DNA of 64,000 nt, taken from positions 24,925 through 88,924 of IMG/VR virus record IMGVR_UViG_3300034106_006471, one strand, 5' to 3'. The position numbers and the translations under genes are program-made. Shown here piece after piece: positions 59,359 through 64,000 of this stretch. Each line of letters begins with the position of its first letter. The stretch's first letter is position 1. The DNA comes from a virus. The notes under the pieces were generated by a model. The model was given only the letters and a program-made list of their open reading frames with translations. It ran no database searches and was not told the origin of the DNA.

Positions 59359-59740
59359 GAGCTGCCTCCATTAAAGTTATTGTTTCTGCTGTCGAAAGAT
59401 TGGAACCACACTCTAAAATAGCATTCATAAGTGACACACCGTATTTTTCATATTCTTCTGTTGTTAGTTCTTTTTTCAAAAGTTTTTTAATAGTTCGTTT
59501 TGTAAACCAACTTTTTTGTATACTAGAGCTTTTAATTTCTGTCATCATAAAAGAATATTTATCATTTTTATTTTTAAATAATTTTAATTTACTTTGACGA
59601 CATTCTTGTATGACTCTTACCAAAGTAATAATAATACTTATTATCATTAATATTGCTATAACACTACCAAAAGTTTCTGGAGCATTTGGTACTAGCGATA
59701 ATATCTTTTGAGCTAAAGCTTTTAATTTTTCATTATCCAT
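59351..59740 (-). CDS. single-TM membrane protein
   Basis: FGSVIAILMIISIIITLVRVIQEC hydrophobic helix. Confidence 0.6.
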   Translation of the reverse strand: MDNEKLKALAQKILSLVPNAPETFGSVIAILMIISIIITLVRVIQECRQSKLKLFKNKNDKYSFMMTEIKSSSIQKSWFTKRTIKKLLKKELTTEEYEKYGVSLMNAILECGSNLSTAETITLMEAAHV

Positions 59741-59744
59741 ATTA

Positions 59745-60005
59745 TTACCTATGCAGAATTACTGATTGTGTTTCTGGTTCACAATATCCACAATCTACTT
59801 TTTTAATATTGTCTCCGCTAATATACCAACCTTTTCCTTTGCATACTGGACAGTTTTTACGTGGATATTTTTTTATACTTTCTGAATGAGTTGCTTTAAT
59901 AATAGCTCCACTCAAAACAACGGAAGCTAAAGTGGAACCCTGATAAGAATTAAAGCTAAACAAACCAATAGAACATATTAAAGAAAATGCTAATAATTTG
60001 TTCAT
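59745..60005 (-). CDS. small exported protein with CxxCxGxG..CxxC motif
   Basis: Signal-like MNKLLAFSLICSIGLF; CPVCKGKG...DCGYC; ATGA-coupled start at 60005. Confidence 0.6.
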   Translation of the reverse strand: MNKLLAFSLICSIGLFSFNSYQGSTLASVVLSGAIIKATHSESIKKYPRKNCPVCKGKGWYISGDNIKKVDCGYCEPETQSVILHR

Positions 60006-60160
60006 TTTTTTCTCCACCTAGGTTTCCATTTACGATCAGGCTTAACTATATCAATATCTGTTCCTGTTTTATGAGGAACAAATATTTTAATTAATGTTAG
60101 TATAAAAGATAAAACCATTGATAATGCTCTTTCTAGAGCTATTCTATCTAAGAGTTTCAT
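60002..60160 (-). CDS. small membrane-associated protein with basic tail (52 aa, not in ORF track)
   Basis: MKLLDRIALERALSMVLSFILTLIKIFVPHKTGTDIDIVKPDRKWKPRWRKK; ATGA overlaps on both sides. Confidence 0.65.
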   Translation of the reverse strand: MKLLDRIALERALSMVLSFILTLIKIFVPHKTGTDIDIVKPDRKWKPRWRKK

Positions 60161-61083
60161 AAATAATCCTCAAAACCATAAGAAGGAAGTTTTTGAACAG
60201 GAAAACCGTCGAAATTACTAAAAGCATAAGCGGCGTTACCATTTAACATTCCGGCAGCAACATCAGCAGTAATTAAAAATGAACCGTCGGGGATAGGCCC
60301 CCATTCTGGATGGCCACCACTATTCCATTTACCCCAACTATTTTGTACTAAAAAGGCTGGTTCTTTACCAGTATCATCACAGGCTATCCATGCCATAGCA
60401 TGAGCCCATTGTCCTTGTGGCTTTGCGAATCCTTTCTTATCTCTGGTACTACTAAATCCATACATACTACAAACACTAATACCATAACCATTAGCAAGAG
60501 CATCTCTTGCTTCTTCTATTGTACGAACCAAACTTACTGTTTTAATTTGATGATCATTGGATAGATCGATAACTTTATCTGGTAGTCCTCTGCCTCCCCA
60601 TCCCGCTCCTAGACTACCATTATATTTAGTTAAATCTACAATGCCTTTATATTCTTTTCTGACCAGTACTCCGCCGTGTTTACTTACAAATTCTGCTGCT
60701 CTGGCACAACTCATGCCTTCACCAGCATGACCCCTGGCGCCATAGATAGCTTCAGTAGCACCTCGTGCTATCCAACTCTCTCTATCATTATGCACATCAA
60801 TCTCGACAGCTCTTGTTACATCTATGGCGTTTCTTGTAGCATGGCTTACGCAATCACCGGTAGTTTGTCTTTCATTATAAGGATTTTTATCAAATTTATA
60901 AACACTTTTATATGGGGTGCTTAGTTTACCTTTACCACTACCGGCTATTCTTCTGCTACCATCACTGAAATAAGCATATTTAGATACTTCCATTAAATGT
61001 TCAAAGATATGGGGTTCCCACAAACATCCACCAAAACCATTCTTGTATAATTTTAATAATTCTTCTGGAGAATAACGTGGCAT
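60157..61083 (-). CDS. papain-like (clan CA, C1-like) cysteine peptidase
   Basis: Catalytic motifs RQTTGDCVSH (Gln, Cys), WAHAM (His), VQNSWG (Asn). Confidence 0.85.
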   Translation of the reverse strand: MPRYSPEELLKLYKNGFGGCLWEPHIFEHLMEVSKYAYFSDGSRRIAGSGKGKLSTPYKSVYKFDKNPYNERQTTGDCVSHATRNAIDVTRAVEIDVHNDRESWIARGATEAIYGARGHAGEGMSCARAAEFVSKHGGVLVRKEYKGIVDLTKYNGSLGAGWGGRGLPDKVIDLSNDHQIKTVSLVRTIEEARDALANGYGISVCSMYGFSSTRDKKGFAKPQGQWAHAMAWIACDDTGKEPAFLVQNSWGKWNSGGHPEWGPIPDGSFLITADVAAGMLNGNAAYAFSNFDGFPVQKLPSYGFEDYL

Positions 61084-61574
61084 TATTTACTTCCCTCATT
61101 ACAGGCCCAGGCTAATGCTTTAAAACCATCAACAGCTTTGGCTCTTAACTCTGCTGATAATAAAACCTGATCATCTCCAATAGATGCTACTATCACATCT
61201 TTAGCTTCTTTAGCCAAGTTGACATACTTATCTTTGATATCCAATCTTAGCATCACCCCAGCCAAACTATTAGCTTGACGAATTTCTTCTGTATTTTTAA
61301 CTACCTGATTTTCTCCGTCTAATGAAATTAAAGTTGATAAATCTAAATATAGATCTCTTAATTTGAGACTATCGTTTTTAACAGATGATCCAAAGGATTT
61401 TAGTAGTACTACTAGCTCGTCTGCTTCTTTTCTTATATTGGAGTCTAGTGGAGCTTCTATAATAACAGAATTTGTAGGATTGTTAGATGGTACTAATTTA
61501 GATAAGTCTGGTTTAACTAATCCAACTAGTACCAATAAGGCTCCACAAACTAATAAAATATATTTGAGTTTCAT
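61083..61574 (-). CDS. N-terminally membrane-anchored helical protein
   Basis: MKLKYILLVCGALLVLVGLV signal/anchor; ATGA-coupled start at 61574. Confidence 0.6.
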   Translation of the reverse strand: MKLKYILLVCGALLVLVGLVKPDLSKLVPSNNPTNSVIIEAPLDSNIRKEADELVVLLKSFGSSVKNDSLKLRDLYLDLSTLISLDGENQVVKNTEEIRQANSLAGVMLRLDIKDKYVNLAKEAKDVIVASIGDDQVLLSAELRAKAVDGFKALAWACNEGSK

Positions 61575-61960
61575 AGCTGTGTTTTTTCCTTGCAAGAATT
61601 AGGACTTAAAAATGGAAACATTTGATCAGCAACCTTAATAGCTTCATCACACTTCAATTGAGCTGCTAAATCTCTTGTTTGTTTCCAGCTTACAACAAGT
61701 TTAAAAAAAGTATCTTCTTGAGCAGAAGACTGGCTGTTGTTGGTTACTAGAGGCAGTTTTACTTCTGGTAAGGTATTTGTGTTCGATTTACCCAACAAAA
61801 CCTTGGCCTTATTGACTAAATCACTAACTACTCTTTGTACTGGACTCATTCTATCTTTAAATAAAACAAATAATACTAAAGCAGCACCGGCGTAGAGTGC
61901 TAAATCTGTGGGACCCAGTCTGCTTGCAAAATCACTAAAACTTTCTGTTGCGTAATTCAT
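61571..61960 (-). CDS. single-TM membrane protein
   Basis: DLALYAGAALVLFVLFK helix; SD AGGAG upstream. Confidence 0.6.
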   Translation of the reverse strand: MNYATESFSDFASRLGPTDLALYAGAALVLFVLFKDRMSPVQRVVSDLVNKAKVLLGKSNTNTLPEVKLPLVTNNSQSSAQEDTFFKLVVSWKQTRDLAAQLKCDEAIKVADQMFPFLSPNSCKEKTQL

Positions 61961-62352
61961 GATAATTTAAATACTCCTGTATTTTTGAATATGGTCACAG
62001 TAGCATCAATAGTTGAGCTTACTAAACTCATCAATAATATCTTGATGTACTTTCTTATAATAGGTTGTAAAAATGAAGGTACAAACGGTACATTAACTAT
62101 AATAAAAACACTATCATAAAAAGTTGATAAAAATTCCATGGCTATAGTTTTTTTATCTTTACCAGCTAAATTTGGATAATTAACTTGTATAGTTTGTACA
62201 ATTTCTGCTACTGCTAATTGTAAAATTTTCCACGCTTGATCTAAAGCAACATTTTTAATGTTATTTAGATTTTCTTGGTTGCTTTTTACTAGCTCTTGTA
62301 GTTTTTGATTTAGATTTGGATTTTCTAGTTGTTGTAACATTATTATTGCCAC
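61957..62352 (-). CDS. hypothetical helical protein
   Basis: LAGKDKKTIAMEFL...IDATVTIFK pattern seen in phage lysis-region proteins; start uncertain (62340 likely). Confidence 0.5.
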   Translation of the reverse strand: MAIIMLQQLENPNLNQKLQELVKSNQENLNNIKNVALDQAWKILQLAVAEIVQTIQVNYPNLAGKDKKTIAMEFLSTFYDSVFIIVNVPFVPSFLQPIIRKYIKILLMSLVSSTIDATVTIFKNTGVFKLS

Positions 62353-62650
62353 CTATAAGATTTGTTTCTGTGTTAGTTGTTGTATTAATATTACTATTGC
62401 TATTATTTTGATCACCAATAGTGCCCCACCAAGTTTGTTTAATTTCTTTTCTACTGTTAATATATTTCCAAAGAATGATTAATTGACCGCCAATTAAAAT
62501 AACACTTTCTACTCCATGACTCACATCTCTTATTAGATCTTCTTTTTGACTATTATCTCCGATTAAACCTAATAAATATAATCCACTAAATATAAAGCTG
62601 ACAACTGTAAACCAAAATTCTGAAGTGCGATAACCCGGTTTAATTTTCAT
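62261..62650 (-). CDS. holin-like two-TM membrane protein
   Basis: KPGYRTSEFW followed by two hydrophobic segments and a highly basic C-terminal tail; SD AAGGAG. Confidence 0.5.
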   Translation of the reverse strand: MKIKPGYRTSEFWFTVVSFIFSGLYLLGLIGDNSQKEDLIRDVSHGVESVILIGGQLIILWKYINSRKEIKQTWWGTIGDQNNSNSNINTTTNTETNLIGGNNNVTTTRKSKSKSKTTRASKKQPRKSK

Positions 62651-62672
62651 GTATTATATCTCCTTAATTAGG

Positions 62673-62682
62673 TATACACCAT
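62673..62682 (-). promoter_or_regulatory. candidate phage promoter/regulatory motif ATGGTGTATA
   Basis: Second intergenic copy of the 10-mer (see 55328-55337). Confidence 0.35.
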
Positions 62683-62708
62683 TAAATAAATATAATCAAT
62701 TTTTACAA

Positions 62709-62954
62709 CTATAGGGATTCTGCAACTTCTAACAAGAGGTGATTATCTTTGTCGTAAATTTCTATTTTTTTAACTCCTTCGAAGGAAGATACTACTTGAG
62801 CTAATTCTATGGCTGTTTCTTGATTGTTTAAAGAAATCATATTATTTGCTATGGTTTCTTCGGACACTGTAGCTCCAGAGTAATCCGAGAAAGTATATAA
62901 ATTAATATTAAAGTTATTTAAAATAATGTTTTTTATTAGTACAAAATTATTCAT
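62709..62954 (-). CDS. hypothetical protein
   Basis: 81-aa ORF with GGAG SD. Confidence 0.55.
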   Translation of the reverse strand: MNNFVLIKNIILNNFNINLYTFSDYSGATVSEETIANNMISLNNQETAIELAQVVSSFEGVKKIEIYDKDNHLLLEVAESL

Positions 62955-62980
62955 GATTATTACTACTCCGTATTAAGTGA

Positions 62981-64000
62981 TTAAATTCCATTTCCTACGC
63001 TATCAGAAGATACGCAAGATGGTACAGTATTATTTTGGGTACTATAATTCCAATATCCAGCATTAGTTGATCCACCCTTATAAAAGGCTGCTTTTTGCCA
63101 TTCGTCTCCATTAGGGATAAAATATAAAGCGCCAATTTGTCTGGTTGGGCTATTAGTATTACCAGTTAGTTGATAGGATCCATTTTCTGTAGTACTATTA
63201 TTTTGGGAACCACTAGGTCTACCATTGTGTAACCAATTACAATATCGTGCTGCGTTGTACCAGTTAATAAAAACTACTGGTTTATTTCCATAATTAGGTT
63301 TTACAGAGTAGGTGTATGCTTCATTGGTTCCTGATCTGTTGATGCCCCCTCTGTCTGAACTCATATTAGTACTATACACACCATATAAATCTGTAGAAGC
63401 TATGCTATTAAGAAATTCAGCATATTCATTATTTGTAATTAAAAACTTATTAAGTGTAAATTGATATGATACTGATCCTATTCCAGAATCATCATTACTA
63501 TTGTTGATGTCTGATATTGTAACATAAGAGAACATAGGACTAGATAAACTAGATGCTACTCTAAACCCTATTTGATTAATTGTTGTTGTTGGTTGTTGTA
63601 TACCCTCGAATGTTCGTAATAGTCTATTATCTACACTACTCCAACTACCACCTTTAACTCCGCGGGCGCCAGCATTCCATAATCTTTCTGTCCATTCCCA
63701 AGCATTACCATTCATATCATAAGTACCATAAGTAGATTGATTACCGTTGCTACCTACACTCGTAACATTTCCACTTAAACTATCCCAATTAGCGCAATTA
63801 TTATAATTAGCTGTATTGCTGGTTCTAAAAATTATTGAACTAACACTGGGAGTAACTGTTGGCGTTGGAGTACTTGTTGAGGTGACCGTTCTAGTAACTG
63901 TAGAGGTTGGCGTTGGAGTTGGGCCTGGTAGCGGATTAGAGGTTTGTGTTGGCGTTGGAGTACTTGTTGAGGTGACCGTTCTAGTAACTGTAGAGGTTGG
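62981..64000 (-). CDS. Thr/Pro-repeat protein with C-terminal permuted FGE domain (5'-truncated by window edge)
   Basis: Frame is open from 64000: PTSTVTRTVTSTSTPTP...PSVSSIIFRTSNTANYNNCANWDSLSGNVTSVGSNG..YGTYDMNGNAWEW...; close paralogue of the 8816-11893 C-terminus. Confidence 0.85.
   Translation of the reverse strand, partial: PTSTVTRTVTSTSTPTPTQTSNPLPGPTPTPTSTVTRTVTSTSTPTPTVTPSVSSIIFRTSNTANYNNCANWDSLSGNVTSVGSNGNQSTYGTYDMNGNAWEWTERLWNAGARGVKGGSWSSVDNRLLRTFEGIQQPTTTINQIGFRVASSLSSPMFSYVTISDINNSNDDSGIGSVSYQFTLNKFLITNNEYAEFLNSIASTDLYGVYSTNMSSDRGGINRSGTNEAYTYSVKPNYGNKPVVFINWYNAARYCNWLHNGRPSGSQNNSTTENGSYQLTGNTNSPTRQIGALYFIPNGDEWQKAAFYKGGSTNAGYWNYSTQNNTVPSCVSSDSVGNGI
63857..64000. repeat. direct repeat, 90-bp period, in Thr/Pro linker
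   Basis: 63857-63910 is identical to 63947-64000 (54 bp visible). Confidence 0.9.

Noticed and set aside
433-61602. Numerous 60-170 aa ORFs antisense or out-of-frame to long genes (e.g. 433-861, 3447-3968, 39535-39930, 58213-58512)
   Set aside because: Fully overlapped by well-supported genes, with no motifs or initiation signals.
1-64000. Alternative genetic code or stop-codon reassignment
   Set aside because: Multi-kilobase ORFs and high coding density under the standard code; TAA, TAG and TGA all end genes at sensible positions.

Overview
AT-rich 64-kb segment of a large tailed dsDNA bacteriophage genome (standard genetic code; no rRNA, tRNA, CRISPR or integrase recognised). Bases 1-31072 (+ strand) are a virion/tail module. 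It contains the C-terminus of a tape-measure-like protein, several giant tail/adhesin proteins built from FGE-sulfatase (SUMF1/CLec-fold), FN3, Thr/Pro-repeat and carbohydrate-binding-like modules, and baseplate-like proteins. Bases 31073-64000 (- strand) carry a sugar-enzyme cluster, replication/recombination genes (SSB, DnaE, DnaQ-like exonuclease, Cas4/AddB-like nuclease, dNMP kinase, primase, DnaB, RecA), nucleotide-metabolism genes (PhoH, dUTPase, class Id-like RNR, dCMP deaminase), a membrane-protein/papain-protease cluster and another FGE-domain adhesin. Highlights: (1) DNA polymerase III alpha is encoded in three pieces. One break has no intein and holds an exonuclease gene; the other is a Ser1/Ser+1 split intein with a free-standing LAGLIDADG gene between its halves. 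(2) Five circularly permuted FGE/CLec domains occur in virion proteins. (3) An AcrB docking-subdomain-like segment sits inside a tail protein. (4) One intact glycosyltransferase is followed by an array of apparently catalytically degenerate sugar enzymes. (5) A nuclease gene appears to start at ATA. All family calls come from motif recognition by eye; no database searches were run.
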